Positions 28,615 to 41,518 of a DNA stretch of 64,000 nucleotides are shown here, one piece after another. How positions within the stretch are numbered: the stretch's first letter is position 1; every line of letters begins with the position of its first letter. Made by a program: the position numbers and the translations under genes. This DNA comes from Chloropicon primus (lineage: Eukaryota). The DNA lies in NCBI GenBank assembly GCA_023205875.1, contig CP060756.1, forward strand, positions 868,001-932,000, in the 5' to 3' direction. The notes under the pieces are model-generated. The model made no database searches, had not been told where the DNA came from, and saw only the letters and a program-made list of their open reading frames with translations.

Positions 28615-31600
28615 TCAAAGGATCATCATCCCCCGCTTCTCCCTCCTCCTCTCCGCAAAGTACTGCAGGACCGCGAAGCAGATCCCGGCGATGGCCTGGA
28701 CCCGCACCTCGTCCAGGGTCGTGGCCAAAATCGCCACGAGGTTCAGGGGCGTCCCCACGATGGTCACCACGCTCCCCAGCAGCCCCCCGCCCCTCCACAG
28801 GAACTTGCAGAACTCGAGGTGGTTGGGCAGGGTGAGGAGGATGCTCGCCAGGTTCAGGGCGACCGACCACGCCCCCCCCCCTCCCCCTCCTCTCCTCCCA
28901 AGTCCTCCCAAGATCTCCCCGAAAGCCTTGCTCGTCAGCACGAGGGGGACGCTCGCGGCCACGGGGGCGTACCTCTGGGCCTCCCTCATGCCGGAGAACA
29001 GCAAGCCGTCCCGGTTCAGCAGGAGAAGGATGGGGCACAGCATGAACACGGCGTACGAGGAGCGGGTCAGGCCGCCGCCCTCCTGCCTGCCCTCCCGGAA
29101 CAGCAGGAGCCACAGCACGAAGGTCTCCACGGTGGCGACGTTCCCGATCAGGCCGACCCTGGCCTCCTCGGCCCGGGATCTCCCATTGATGCCGCCGCTC
29201 AGCTTGAGCTTGATCGAGAACGCCACGATCATCATGTAGCACACGTGGCTCACCAGGAGGCCCACCCGGAGGTCCGCCTCCAGGTCCCTCTCCACGTCCA
29301 CGTAGAGCCTGACGTCGTCCGTCTCCACCCTCTTCGGGGGACACGCCCAGGTGAGGCCCAGGCTGGCGGGCAGCATCAAGACCAGCAGGAGGAACAGGCG
29401 GAAGGCGGCCTTGGTCCCCCTGGACATGTGAACCAGGGCCAGGACGAGGAGGCACAAGCAGGTGGTGAGCCCCGCGACAAGCTGCATCAGGCCGTAGCCC
29501 GGGAAGAGCTCGAAGGAGATGTACGACCCGATCCCCGCGCCAGAGAGAAGGGCGAGGGACACCCTGAGGAGGAGGTCGCTCCCCCCCCTCCCGCCGCCCC
29601 CGACCCCGAGGCTGCCCAGCCCGGAGATCACCGCGACCACCAGAAGCCACTTGGGCCAGTGCTCCCGCCTCTGCACGAGGTCGCCGTAGATCGCCACGTC
29701 GTCCGCCTCGTGCTCTGGCCTGTGGTCCGAGTCCCAGAGGCGGGGGCAGAGCTCGAATGGCAGCCTGGGGCACCTGGCCCCCCCGGCGATCGGCATCGGC
29801 GGCCTCACAAGGGCGATGACCAGCCCGGAGGCCAGGACCGAGATGACCAGCCTGCGGCCCGCTTGGCTGAAGGGGAAGTGGGCCCTCAGCATGGGAACGC
29901 AGGCAGCGCTCGAGCCGATGAGGAGGGACCCCACCAGGAGGCCCTCGTTCGGCCTCGACCCCAGGAGGGCCTGGAGGACATCGAAGACCGTGAACCTGGC
30001 GTAAAGCACGGCGAGGGCGATGGAGGCCGCGTGGCAGACCCCCTGCCACTCCCGCATCTTGATCCTCCCGGAGGACGACGCCCTCCCGTGGTGGCCGGGC
30101 CTCCCCCACGCGGCCGGGGCGTCCCTCCCGGCCCTCCTGTACAGCTGGACGGGGGCCGTGACCGCCATGAGGACCACGGTGCAGGGCACCACGAGGTGGG
30201 ACTCGTGCAGGGCGAGCATGGAGACCTTCGCCGCCAGGATGCACTGCAGCAGCCAGGACGCCAAGTTCCCGAGCTTCCCTGACTGCTGGAGGGTCCTGAC
30301 CGCCCCGATGCCCAGGCCGCTCGTGAGCAGGACCAGGTAGGGCGGGTAGGTGAAGTCCCCCTCGTCGTACCGGCTCAGTCTCGAGCCGAAGACCATCCCC
30401 CTCTCGAGGTACGTCAGCAGGACGCTCTGGAGGACCAGCACGGAGGCGAGGAGCCCCCCCCCCCCCAGCCTGCAGATGACGATCCCGGGGACGAGGGACG
30501 AGAGCACCAGGCAGAGGGTGAGGAGGGTGCAGAGCTCCGTCATCCGCAGGGCCCCGGTGGTGACGTCGAGGTACCAGAAGTTCTCCCTGAGGAACCAGGC
30601 CACTGTGCCCGTGAGCCCGGCGACAAAGACGAGGTAGTCCCTGAAGAGCCTGGACTCGACGAAGAGGACGAGCCCGGCGGCGCAGGTCAGGGCCGCCACG
30701 AGCGCCAGGGTCGACATCCCCAGGGCCAGGCAGCCCGCTGTGATGCTGAGGATGAAGACCACGCCGACCCAAGAAGGCAGGACCGCGAAGTTGTCCTCCA
30801 GGGTCTGGGAGAAGTTGACGTCGAACTTCTCCTTCATTTTAGCAGAGTCGGAGACGATGAGGAAGTTCACCAGCGCCGCCCCGCCCCCGCTGAGCGCCAG
30901 GGTGATCGCGATGTAGTTCCACGGGGCCGGCAGGTGGATGTACTGGGAGAAGCTCCTGAACACGACCCTCCCCTCGAGCCCCAGAACCAGGGCGACGAGG
31001 GCCACGTTCGCTAGGGCCACCCTCACCGCGAACACCCCGTCCATGGACAGGCCCGACCACCACAGCAACCCACCCCTCTGGGCTCCCGTCGTCCGTGGGG
31101 AGTACACCGCCAGGTACATCAGCGGGACGCCAAGGAGAAGGAGCAGGGACCACAGGTGCGTGGCCGAGCTCGCCAGGGAGGCCGCTGGCCAAATCTCGGG
31201 CGAGTGCAGGACCAGGTAGAGCAGCCAGGGCACGGCGAGCAAGGCCCCCGTGCAGACCTTTGCGTCGTCCCTCTGCACCACCAGCCCCACCTCGAAGCCC
31301 CCCTTCTTTCCCGGCCTCGCCGGCCCCTTGACGAACGAGCTCGGCATCGGGCTCGAGAAGAACGCCTTGTGCAGCAGCAGGGAGCACGCCAGGCAGTAGA
31401 ACGGCGCCTGGCCGCTCCCCACCGCGGCGATGAGGCCTTGGGCGACCAGGACCAGAGACACCAGGGGGGACGCGGTCATGACGAGCTTCTCCATCGCCAG
31501 CGTCGCGGCAGGGTGCTGCACCTGAACCCACTTGAACCTGGAAAGCAGGGAAAGCCGGTCAGTCCGAGATCTCACCTAAAACCTAGTTTCTCGTTCTCGT

Positions 31601-31970
31601 CTATCTAAACCTCATTCGCAAACACTTACTGTATCGTCGCCCAGAACCCCACGAGCGTGAAGAGCTGAGCCTCCGCCACCAGCGTGAACAGCGCCTCCAG
31701 GCTGACCACCGTCTCCCTCGCTCTGGCATCAACCCCTGCCAGCACCGCCAGGACGCTCCCCGCGAACCCCATCACGAGGGTCACCCAGACCCCAAAGAAC
31801 GTGGCCTCCTTGGCCCCGCTCAGGTCCAGTATCGTCGTCGTCAGCACTCCCACTATTCCCACCGCCGCCACCATCTGGTGCGCGAACCCGAGGGTCGCCG
31901 CAAGCGCCGGCACGAGCGCAAGCCCCGCATTCCCATTATACCTGAACGCTCCCGTACCGAACTTCGTCAT
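28615..31970 (-). CDS. NEF1: No-exine-formation-1-like polytopic membrane protein; exons 31970-31630 and 31537-28615
   Basis: Splice gives WATIQFKWVQ; LEGRVVFRSFSQYIHLPAPWNY, DDVAIYG, GNVATV, ILLLLNRD, QRYAPV. Confidence 0.8.
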
Positions 31971-32071
31971 CTCTCCACTCCACCACTCTCTCTCCCTCCT
32001 CCCCTCCTCTCCGGCGCGCCACCCCTCAAGCTTTTGGTTCGCACAAATTGACAGACGGGGAAGGAGCGAGC

Positions 32072-32099
32072 ATGAAGCCCTCGAGGGGGAGAGAGAGAC

Positions 32100-32131
<32 letters not shown>

Positions 32132-35100
32132 GACAACGACGACGACGACGACGACAAGGGCAACGAGGGTTGGCGCCAGGGGACGTCTCTTTCTTCTTCT
32201 TCTTCTTTTTCTTCTTCTTCGTCGTCGGTGACGTACTCGTCCATGACGAGCAAGAGGAACAACGGAAAGGGGGGGAGGAGCAAGAGGATCACACCAACGC
32301 CCTCGCTGCCGAGGGAAAGGAAGCCAGCCAACTCTCTGTTTGTGACGGCCGCGACCGAGGATTACGGTGGGAGCCCGAGGAGCAGTGAAGTGCAGAGGCG
32401 GAGGCAGATGTTCGACGAGATATCGGGGGTCGAGGTCCCCTCAGTCTCTTTCGCGACTGCCACCTCGAACGACGCCAAGCAGAGCTTGGACGAGGCCACG
32501 AGCAAGCTGTCTCGCTGGTTCGGGGTCGGTGGGGGGGCTGGCAAGGCCAAGGAGCACGCCGCCCACCTCACGTCGTCCGCCTGCAACATCTTGAACGAGC
32601 TGACCCTGCTGTGCGAGGCCATCGCGGGAGGGGGCAAGTGGTCGGAGTACGCCTGCTCGGTCCTCGAGGAGGCCCTGCCCCTGACCCTTGAGCTCGGACC
32701 CCGGGCGCTGGAAGCGCTGGCCGAGTCGACCGCGGTGTCCCCCGGGCTGAGGAGCTCGATTAAGGACAAGCTCGACTCCCTCGTGGACCTGACGAACTAC
32801 TCGCCGTGGGGGCGCAAGCCCATGGAGCTTCCCCCCATGGTCCTCCCCGGCGGAGAGACGAGGCCGCTGAACGTGATGCCGGAGGAGGCAAAGAGGCTGA
32901 AGAACAGGGAAGAGGCGAGGGACAAGTTCGTTAGCATTCTGGGGAGCCTGCAGGAGTTTCTGGCGAGGAACGAGCTTCTGAACGGCCGCAACAATGATTA
33001 CGAGGCCTTGCACACCAAAGTCAGGGCCTTCACGACCACGCTTCACATCGACAACATCCAGTGGTTCTCGCAGCTCTTCATGGAGAGGATTCTGCAGACG
33101 GCGTCGATGGGAGAGATGGACGAGGAGGTCGTCGTCCTGGCGAACGCTGACCCTTCTAAGATGCGGCGACTACACCAGAGAATGACCCTCTCTCACGTCC
33201 GAGGAAAGAACCAGCGGGGGGGGACCTTCGGCATCCCAGATTACAGGGGGTCAAAGGCCTCGGAGAACGCTCCGGGCGCGTCGCAGAGGAGCCACCACCA
33301 CCACCACCACCGGGTGACCACTCAACTGAATGGCACCCCGGGGATGGAGCTTGTCAGCACGGTGCTGAACAACTTCCCGACGAACCTCAGAATCTACATG
33401 CTCTTCCTGCTAATCGCCGACAGTCAGAGGCTGAACGAGCAGCTCGAGTCCAAGATGCTCCGTCGACTTTTCGATATCGCGACTTGGCTTATGTCCTCCC
33501 CCCTCCCGTCGGACGTGAGCGAGCGCCTGCTTTCTTGCAAGTCCCTCGCCCTCTTCGTGGGGTACTTCACGTTCTGTTCAAAGGACAAGGCTTGCGTTCT
33601 TCCCGAGGATGTTTTGGGGCGCTTGCTGGAGGCAAGCGGCGATGATCACGGCCGCTTCTTTCTCAAGCACCCCCCAGTGCTGGACGTGTGCGACCTTATA
33701 GACCGATCGTCGAGCCAGGGGTCGCTGCCGTTCACGCTGCCGTGGCTGGCAGACTACCTTCGATTCGGAAAGTACAGTGACAACGGCCGCAACGACGAGG
33801 TGAGGAAAGCTTTGGGCCGACTTTGGAACATTCGCTCCGCTCTTTCGGGGGAGAACCAGAAGGTGGTCCACAGCACGGCTACCCTGTGCATGAGGGTTTG
33901 CTTGGACACCCTCTTTGAGGAGTGGGGCATCAATCCCCAGGACGACAAGGTGGTACAATTCTTCAACGGGCTGGAGGGTTCGGATGCCGCCTTTGCTGGG
34001 AACCTGGACATGGCGAACAAAGCCATGGATCAAAAGGGCGTGCAGGCTTGCTGCCCAGAGCTTGACGACCTCGCAGCAGTCATCAGTCGAAAATCCCTGA
34101 GTGCATCGCACGCGAAGAAGTCTTTGCGCAAGATCACACCTGTCAGTCCAGCCTACGCCGGATCGAGCAAGGCCGTGCCCACCACCAGCGAGGCCAACGA
34201 CAGCATGAGCAAACTGAAGGTGGCCTTGATTGGCAGGGAAGACACCAAATTGCAGGGCGAGAAAGCCTTGACCCTGCAGAGGGCGATGCTCGGCCGGTAT
34301 CCTGAGTTGAAGAATGTCATCGACTTTGTCGTGGACGCTGTTGCAAGGAATGCGGTGGACAACGTGATCGGCACAAATGTCAGGGAAGAGTGCACACGAA
34401 TCGTTCACTCCAGTGACGTTGCCAGATGCAACGATGAGAAGCACAAGAGCAAATGCTATCACTCCATTGCCATGGCCTCTGCGGGGGAAATCAAGTCTTA
34501 TGTGACCGAGAAAGTGCACACTGCCCTGGTGGTGTTGATTCCTGCCAACACAGACGCCCAAGTTGCGGACTGTGCGGTGAGGATCGGCACAGAGGCATCT
34601 TTGACCACGGCAGCGAAGCGTCTCCTTGACCGCATCCCTATCGAGTATCAAAAGTGCGTCAAAGAGAAGATAAAAGGATGCTCGGACATTGCGAAGAAGA
34701 TGCTCAGCATGTCTCCACTTCCCTGGTTGAGCGACAACGTGTCGAAAGACCTCGCAGGCACGGCCACTCGCATTGTTGAGACGTTCCGGGTCTGCTGGCT
34801 GGCTGATGCGCAAGAAGACGGCCTTCTCAAGAAGGTGCAGGGCCTCGCCTTTCAACTCAATTTTGGTGCCATGCGCACCAAGGCAGAAATGTTTCCCCTG
34901 CTCCCAAAGGTCAGCACGTACCACTCGCTGTGGAGGAGCGATTGCTCGATCTCCGAGGCCCTGCAAGTGCTTGGTTACATCTGGAATGACGTGACCTTTC
35001 TCTGCCATGCCATGGATTCCGCGGGCGATGCCTCCGGACGGAAAGACCAGCTGTTTTCTTGCATCAAAGCGAATCTCTTGGATCAATTGAAGTTCGGAAG

Positions 35101-35479
35101 TGAGCAGCCAAACGTTCACTTTGGCTTGGGTGTGGCTGCACAGTTGGCCGACGCCTGCATTTTCCACGCGGAAGACCTCCTGGACAGTGCAGCCATGCAC
35201 TCTGCCCAGTTCTGCACGGCGAAGCTTCTATCTTTCCTGGTTGGTTCCGGCTCGCTGCACCCCAGGAGTTTGCAAGGAATTCTGGTGAGGCTCTTGGATG
35301 AGCCCCAGCGCATCTGCGAATACAAGAGAGGGCTGGGCCCTCCCAAGCTGGAGCAGCTCCAGAACTTTGTAGCAAAGTGCTTGCAGGAAGAATCCTTGGC
35401 GAAAGATCGGGTCCATTTTGCCCAGATTCTTCCGAAACTGCCTCTCAGAATGATGCAGCAGGAGAGTTTCGTTGCGTGA
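32072..35479 (+). CDS. Codanin-1-like protein
   Basis: RITPT / RKITPV motifs, NIQWFSQLF, TLPWLADYL, LQRAML..YPELKNVIDFVVD resemble codanin-1 blocks. Confidence 0.6.
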
Positions 35480-35598
35480 TGCTCTCAAAATGTATCGTTA
35501 CAAAAACGTCCGAAGTCCTCCTCATGATCGTTTTTAACTTGAAAGTATATAAGTTATTTTTGTATTATTGTGTACATACAAAGTGGCGTTGCTGGGCC

Positions 35599-36995
35599 TC
35601 AAGCCTTCGCCTGCTCCATGATCGACGCGATTAGCTTGTCCTTCTCATAGTGCGTGCGAATTTTCGAGACGTGCTTCAGATCCATGTCGATCAGCTGCAT
35701 GTGGTACAGAACCTCCCCCTTCGTGACTCCTGAAATCGTTCCGGCATTCGGAAGATCACAGAGTCTCTGACGCAGGTCAGCGGTCTCCCTGCTCGACCTC
35801 GCCAAGGTGATAATCAGGGAACAATCCTTGAACGTCGCCGCTGTGAGGTAATCCTCAAGCGCTTCGAGGGCGAGGGCCCTCGGCATCCCTTGCAGGTCTT
35901 TCACCCTCTCCACGTACTCTCCATATTCTTCGTGTCCGCTTGCGTCAAAGGCGTCGGCCTTTCCCAGCAGCCCGTTGTAGAGCCTGTGAACCCCCTGGAT
36001 TCCGTAAACATCCTTCTCCTGGAGAGAGACTATGAGGTCAAGCGTGCTTTGCTGCTGCAGCAAAGCCTCCGCGAGAGCGGCCACGATTTCATCCATGGTA
36101 AACCCAAGCTCCTTTCCCAGAGTCTCCCTCGAGCAACGGCCAGGGAACACCTTGGCTGAATTCCGAAACACGCTGAGATTGTTCTGCGGGCACTGAAAGA
36201 GGGCCTTCAGCGCTCGCTCTTTCGACCTTCTTGCTTCGGCCTCCCCACAAGCACCGTCCCGCGGGCCCCAGAAATCCCTCGGCTCGTACTCGGACATGGT
36301 CTCGACCTTCCCCTTGTGAAGCTGTCCAGTGTTTTTTGGTTGCGAAAAAGTCCCGGCAGTCAGTGTACGTGCGTCTCTGTGGACTTCCCGCGTCGCGCTG
36401 AAAACCAACTCACCTTGTAGTGCTGCATGAGCTTGTGCTCGCTGTAGCTCCGTTTGTAACCGTCCCTGGGGTGAATCAGGGTCTTCTCTCCCGGCATGTT
36501 CGCGCTCTTGGGCTTGAACTCGAAGGAGATCGTCTCCGTCGGGCCAACGCGGTGGGGCGACCTCGCGAGCGAGCGCCCAACATCGAGCGCGTCCGGAAGA
36601 AACAGCCCCAAGCAACCTCCATCACCGCCCGGCGGGAGGAATGCCTCGCGCGTGAAGCCGATGGAGCGCAAGTCGACAAGGTCGCCGAGGGCGAGAACCC
36701 CCGTCCCCGATAGCAGCGGCCCCGCCACCTGGCTCGTGAACCACTCGCGCCTCTCGATGCGAGAAAAATCCCCCGAGAACCTCTTGGGGTACTCCCTCCT
36801 GGTCCAGATGTCCCCATCGAGCTGCCTCGCGGCCTGAGCCTCCCGGTCGCTCAGCTCCCCCCTCCCCTCCACGACCTCGGTCTTCTTGGAGACGAGGAGG
36901 ACCTTCCCGGGGTGCGCCTTCGCGCTCGTGAAGGCTGCGCAGGCGCACCCCTCGGCCCTGAACTCCCACCTGTCGCCCTCCCCCTCGGGCGCCAT
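35599..36995 (-). CDS. IPK1: Inositol-pentakisphosphate 2-kinase; exons 36995-36414 and 36321-35599
   Basis: WEFRAEG, EFKPK, PQNNL.VF, YLTAATFKDCS, IDMDLK motifs; GT-AG intron joins two ORFs. Confidence 0.88.
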
Positions 36996-37023
36996 CGCCC
37001 CTTCCCTTTTTAATCCTTTTTGA

Positions 37024-38496
37024 TCACTTAATCCCACAGCAGAAAGTGCTCATGAAAACATTCGTGAGCATCGATTCCGTGGCCCGCTGCAGGGCGATCC
37101 AGATGTCTTGAGCGGAGCAGGAGGCGCACCCTGCAGCGTCCAGTCGGAGGGTGAAGGAATCGGGATCGCCTTCTGGATTGGTTTGGTGGGTCAGGAAGAC
37201 CCTCGTCTCGTTCGAGGTCGAGTTGAAGGTCGAAAGGAGGGACCTGTTCATGTCGGAGAGGGACATGCTGTGCCACCTCGTGTGACGCAGCCGGAACAGG
37301 ACTATGGTCTCGATCGCGATGCCAAAGTCGCTTGCCTCGACCACCTCGAACCTGAGGTCGTTCTTGATGAAGGTGCACAGATCTTGAGCGACTTGTGCGC
37401 TTCCCTCGGGCCCGCTGGACGCCACGGCGCCGCCAGACCTGCAGGAGTCCAGGTCTCGGATGATCCCGGCCCTGTCCAGGCCGGAGCCAATGAATACGAA
37501 CTGGGCATCGCGCCCAGAGCCGCTCTCCGCGTCGCTGCAAGTCAAGTCCGAGGCGTCGAACCTCCTCTTGCCTGACAGCTGCAGAATGTAGCGCTTTCCG
37601 GGCGCACAGTCAAAGCACAGGAAGCCTTTCGCACGTATCGCCGTGGGAGGGAAGCTGCTCGCCATGAAGCCTTGGAACCTCGCGAGGTCGAAGGTGGCGC
37701 CCTTCCTGGAGTACGATACTGTAGCCAGGCTCTCTATCTCCTGTTTGTGGCTGGGCTTGCGGGGCTTGAAGCTCAGGTTCATCCAAGACTGGTGCTGGTC
37801 TTGCTGGTCGGGATCCTTCTCGACCTCGTCTTCCGCGTGGCCGTCCCCCTCCGCCGGGGATGCCTCCAAGTCATAGACGACAGAATCGGGGATGCTGCCG
37901 TACTGACTGGGGATGACGTTGAACTGCTCCGGCGCCACCTTTTTGATCGACTCCTTCACCGTCTCGTACTCGTCGTTGCTGAGCAGGTCAGTCTTGTTGA
38001 TGACCACCACGTCCGCCTGCTTCAGCTGGTTTCTCGCAGAGGCACTCGCTTCAAGGGTGGCTTCGATGGACTCGCCATCGACGACGACGACGAGGCCGGA
38101 CAGCCAGACATGCTTTCGCAGCTGAGGGAGCAGCAAGGTCGTTATAATGCTCGACGGGTCGCTCACACCGCTCGTTTCCACAATGATGTGGTCCACGTTG
38201 CAGGCAAGCACCTTCTCTATGGAGTGCTGGAGCTCCCCGCTTATCGTGCAGCAGACGCACCCATTCGAGAGCTCCACCAGGGTGTCTGCATCACCCTCCT
38301 TGCCCCCAGTGATGTTCGAGCGAATGAGCTCCGCGTCAATATTGACCTCCGCGAAGTCGTTCACCAGGAGCCCCGTCTTTGCTTTGTTGCCCGCTTCCCT
38401 CTTGCGAACCAAGTTGTTGATCACGGTCGTCTTTCCGGCGCCGAGAAACCCACTTATTATCGTGAGAGGCACTGCCTCCCCCTCCCTCCGTTCCAT
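37024..38496 (-). CDS. CobW/COG0523 metal-chaperone GTPase
   Basis: SGFLGAGKTT, ELSNGCVCC, ETSG, NKTDL, IRAKG. Confidence 0.9.
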   Translation of the reverse strand: MERREGEAVPLTIISGFLGAGKTTVINNLVRKREAGNKAKTGLLVNDFAEVNIDAELIRSNITGGKEGDADTLVELSNGCVCCTISGELQHSIEKVLACNVDHIIVETSGVSDPSSIITTLLLPQLRKHVWLSGLVVVVDGESIEATLEASASARNQLKQADVVVINKTDLLSNDEYETVKESIKKVAPEQFNVIPSQYGSIPDSVVYDLEASPAEGDGHAEDEVEKDPDQQDQHQSWMNLSFKPRKPSHKQEIESLATVSYSRKGATFDLARFQGFMASSFPPTAIRAKGFLCFDCAPGKRYILQLSGKRRFDASDLTCSDAESGSGRDAQFVFIGSGLDRAGIIRDLDSCRSGGAVASSGPEGSAQVAQDLCTFIKNDLRFEVVEASDFGIAIETIVLFRLRHTRWHSMSLSDMNRSLLSTFNSTSNETRVFLTHQTNPEGDPDSFTLRLDAAGCASCSAQDIWIALQRATESMLTNVFMSTFCCGIK

Positions 38497-39077
38497 ACTT
38501 CCTCCTTCACTCCACCCTTTCCCCCTCCTCGACCACACCGCCAGTGAGCTCCATGGCCTATCACCAAGGTCTTCGTCCTCTCTGAAGCCGAACCTGGTTC
38601 CTCGTTTGCACACACCGCCACCCTTGCGTCCAACAACCCCCCTCCTCGCTCCTTCCCTGTGCCCTCCCCCTCTCTCGTCCTCGAAACGTGGGACACAACG
38701 ACGGAGAAAAGAGAGAGAGAGAGAGAGAGCGGAGAAAGATTCAGGTGTGGTGGTTGACCAGCGTGCCTCCCTCCTGCACCGCCCTCCTTGCGTCCAACAA
38801 CCCCCCTCCTTGCTTTCGTCGTCCTCCTCCCTCTTCTGTCAGGTCTCGCCTTTGAATTGTACGACGGACACGAAGGAGATCAAAGTCCCAGAGAGATGAG
38901 GAGGAGATCAACATGAACAACAATGATGGCGGAGTATTGGAAGGAAGGAGGGTGGTATACATGATGTGGAGCTGAGGGGGGAAGAAGGGGGAGGCGGCAA
39001 TCTTCTCGTGTTGCCTGAGGCTGGAGACGGGTGGGTGAGAGAGGAGTCAAGGCACGGGACCTTCCGGAGCGACAAGA

Positions 39078-41054
39078 ATGAGGAAAGTTAGGTTCAGTGT
39101 CGTTGCAGGCTCAGTCCTGGTCCTGATGGCGTTGATAACTTTCAACATGAGCACGGTGAAGGAGAGCAGGTTCACCGAGACGGTTCCGGCGGACAGACTG
39201 GAAGTGAAGGAGCCTGCAAGCCCCGTGAGCTCCGGAACGCCACCCCTTGTCGCAACGGGGACAGAAGAAGCACTGGACTCTGGAGATCGGCCCACGACTC
39301 ACGTGAGAAACGTTGTGAACAAAGCTTCGAAGGTGGTCTCGTCCTCGGGAGGGAGCACGTCGCCACTCTTGGATTCCAAGGTAATTTCACCGCCGTCACC
39401 AACCTTGCCCTTGTCACCGGCGAACTGACAGGCCAATTCTCCTTCCCTTTCCCATCAGACGCACGGGTATTACAAGGACAAGTCTGCCTCTGTGTGCACT
39501 GACTCCCAGAAGGACCCTTGGTTCGAGGTCGACCTTGGCGGCCCGTTCACCGTGCGGAACATCGAGCTTTGGGCCCCGAAGAAGTCCTGCGAGAGCATCA
39601 AGTTCAAAGGCAGGTGCGAGAGGCTTCAAGACGTGATGATTGTGACGAAGAAGAGTCCGATGAAGATGGAAGTTCTCGACGCGGCCAAGGAGGTGCTGAA
39701 GAGTAAAGTTATAAGCTCGATGAGAACGATCTACGCCTGGGACAGCGTGGAGCAGGAGGCGAGGTACGTCAGAATCTCCATCAACGGGGAGAAGCTTCGG
39801 GTGTGTGCGACTGAAGTCAAGGTCCTTGTGGCGGACGACGATTTTAAGCTCTGCGATTCCAAAACTTGCAAGTTCGGGAGCTGCAAGTGCATGGACAAAG
39901 AGTGCGCCCAGAAGAAGTGCCTGTGCAACAGCGACATGATAGGGGAGCACGACTGCACGACGAACCCCCTGCAGGACTGGAGGTACTTCCCGCTAGAGAA
40001 GACTGCGGCCGGTGGCAAGTCTTGGAATTGGGATGCGGGTAAGGTTGCCGAGGTCACCAGCGGCCTGCAGAAGCTGCAGAACCCCAAGTCCTGCGCCAAG
40101 TCAAACGGGGTCCACGGCCTCATCGGGGCCCAGGGAAGGGGGGCCGGCCTCGCGTCCACCCTGCATTTCGTCAGCGGGCATCTCTCGGAAGCTCTCCGCA
40201 CGAAAAAGCCTTTCGTGTTCGGGGGCAGAATGAATTACGCGGGGACTAAGTTCTGCAAGGAGAAGGACATGTACGGCGATCCGGACTGCTATTTCAAGCC
40301 CGTGGCTGGGAGCTCTTGCTTGAAGAGGAAGGCCGAGCTGCGAAAGTCGTACAGGCCCATCTCCGGGCCCAAGAGGCACCCGAATCGCTGCGCCATTGGC
40401 AAGCTCTGCAACGACGTTGGGCACTTTCGATACCTGCCCAAGGACTTTGAGGAGGCAGGAATGGGCTTGCTCCATTTCAGGTCGGCCATAGTGTCCCAAC
40501 TCGTACAAATCAACAACGTCACGGAGGAGATCTTGAACCTGGACAAGCTCAAGGCGGACATGGGCTTCCAGCACCCGATCATTGGGGTCCACATCAGGCA
40601 CGGCGACGCTTGCCACACCACTGACCGCAAGGGGAGATGCAAGGGGCTTTCGTACTACATTCCGGAGATCAGAACCCTCGCGGAGCGGTACAACACCACC
40701 AGGGTCTTCATATCGACCGACGACGACACGATCCTGAAAAGCACCAAGAGCTACAGCAAAGAGTTCAACTTTGTCTTCGCAGAGAGCTTCAGCAGAGACG
40801 TCTTTGACTCCAAGGACCAGATCGAGTACAGGAAGGACCTTTGGAGCGGCAACAACAACAAGGGCCACTCCATCATGCTCTCCTCCCTCATCGACCTCCT
40901 GCTCCTGGCGGAGTGCGACTACCTCGTGCTTCACTTGCTTTCCAACATGTCGAGGCTCGCCTTGGAGTTGGCCGCCGCGAGGAAGGAGGCCATCCCTCCG
41001 TACTTCAGCATGGACGGCCCTTGGTGCCAGCACTGGAAGATGTGTACATCCTAG
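39078..41054 (+). CDS. Alpha-1,6-fucosyltransferase-like (GT23) with lectin-like and EGF-like domains; exons 39078-39380 and 39459-41054
   Basis: Type II anchor; PWFEVDLG...ARYVRI; LQNPKSC, GAGLASTLH, PIIGVHIRHGD, VFISTDD, DLLLLAECDY, SNMSRLALEL. Confidence 0.82.
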
Positions 41055-41151
41055 TCCTAGGTGATGATGAGAAGAGACCCGGTTATATTTGTATCTACAG
41101 TTTGCTTATATTCTCTCCTAAGGCTTGCTTGACCTGATACAGCCTCCCTCC

Positions 41152-41433
41152 TCACTCTTCCTGCTTGACCTTGACGATGGAAGGGGCCGTCTTGCTTCGT
41201 GTTCTTGTTCTCTTCGACGACGGAGGACGAGGAGCAGCTTTGCAGAGCCCGACCTCTTCCAGGTACTCTCTCTTCACAATGCATTGTTCCTTGTCGCTCA
41301 GCTTAAGAGATGCGTCCGCAAAGATCAGCCTCAACGCCTCGTTGTAGTCCGCGATCTCTCTCTTCTTCTCCGGCGACTTGCTGTCGTAACGCTGGGCCTC
41401 CTGCACGGCTTGGGCGTACTCCTCCTCCGTCAT
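41152..41433 (-). CDS. Small hypothetical protein (93 aa)
   Basis: ATG-initiated ORF with host-like codon usage filling an intergenic gap. Confidence 0.4.
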   Translation of the reverse strand: MTEEEYAQAVQEAQRYDSKSPEKKREIADYNEALRLIFADASLKLSDKEQCIVKREYLEEVGLCKAAPRPPSSKRTRTRSKTAPSIVKVKQEE

Positions 41434-41518
41434 CAGGCCGGACTCGAGAGCCTCTCAAGCGACAGATCATTTTCCCGCCATACGGAAGAAGAGCGGAGGG
41501 CTGGAAGTGAAGAGCGCG

